Below are positions 37,938 through 38,043 of a stretch of DNA of 38,043 nucleotides, one piece after another; the first letter of the stretch is position 1; every line of letters begins with the position of its first letter. The DNA comes from Ministeria vibrans ATCC 50519. Its lineage: Eukaryota > Protista > Filasterea. The notes under the pieces are model-generated. The model ran no database searches. It was given only the letters and a program-made list of their open reading frames with translations, and had not been told where the DNA came from. Made by a program: the position numbers and the translations under genes. The stretch is from positions 60,204 to 98,246 of the forward strand of contig CALSCP010001441.1 in assembly GCA_943704425.1 (NCBI GenBank), written 5' to 3'.

Positions 37938-38043
37938 ATGAGATCTGTGAAGATCAACGAGTCGCTATGGGCGTACGCGGAGGCGGGAACAAGTGGGGTT
38001 GGCCTGTTTGACTGCAGCAGCAGTGGGTCAGACTCGCTTGATT
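37938..38043 (+). CDS. 5' end of a probable paralog of the WD40-Roc-caspase gene (runs off the window)
   Basis: MRSVKINESLWAYAEAGTSGVGLFDCSSSGSDSLD aligns without gaps to MTSVRISESCIAYSNRETHSIEVFEECRDGAEQID (14179): 12/35 identities, and both ATGs follow a CAG-A(n) context. Confidence 0.6.
   Translation, partial: MRSVKINESLWAYAEAGTSGVGLFDCSSSGSDSLD

Overview
This is compact, intron-rich eukaryotic DNA with short GT-AG introns, (CT)n and poly-A/T tracts and three N-gaps. Gene content (TMEM17, IFT25, ADAM10/17-like, KCTD5-like, STYX-like, DBF4, RNFT, delta-12 desaturase) suggests a flagellated unicellular eukaryote, probably animal-related (inference). About 18 genes were spliced by hand, and several are not visible as single ORFs in the track. 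The main result is that three apparently separate ORF blocks at 14179-20102 join through phase-compatible GT-AG introns into one gene: WD40 repeats (one repeat per symmetric phase-2 exon), a Roc GTPase with a COR-like region, and a caspase-like (C14) protease with an intact His-Cys dyad. A probable paralog starts at 37938. The ADAM metalloprotease also appears to splice into a cytoplasmic CUE-like ubiquitin-binding domain. All gene models and homology calls come from reading the sequence and recalled family motifs; no searches were run.
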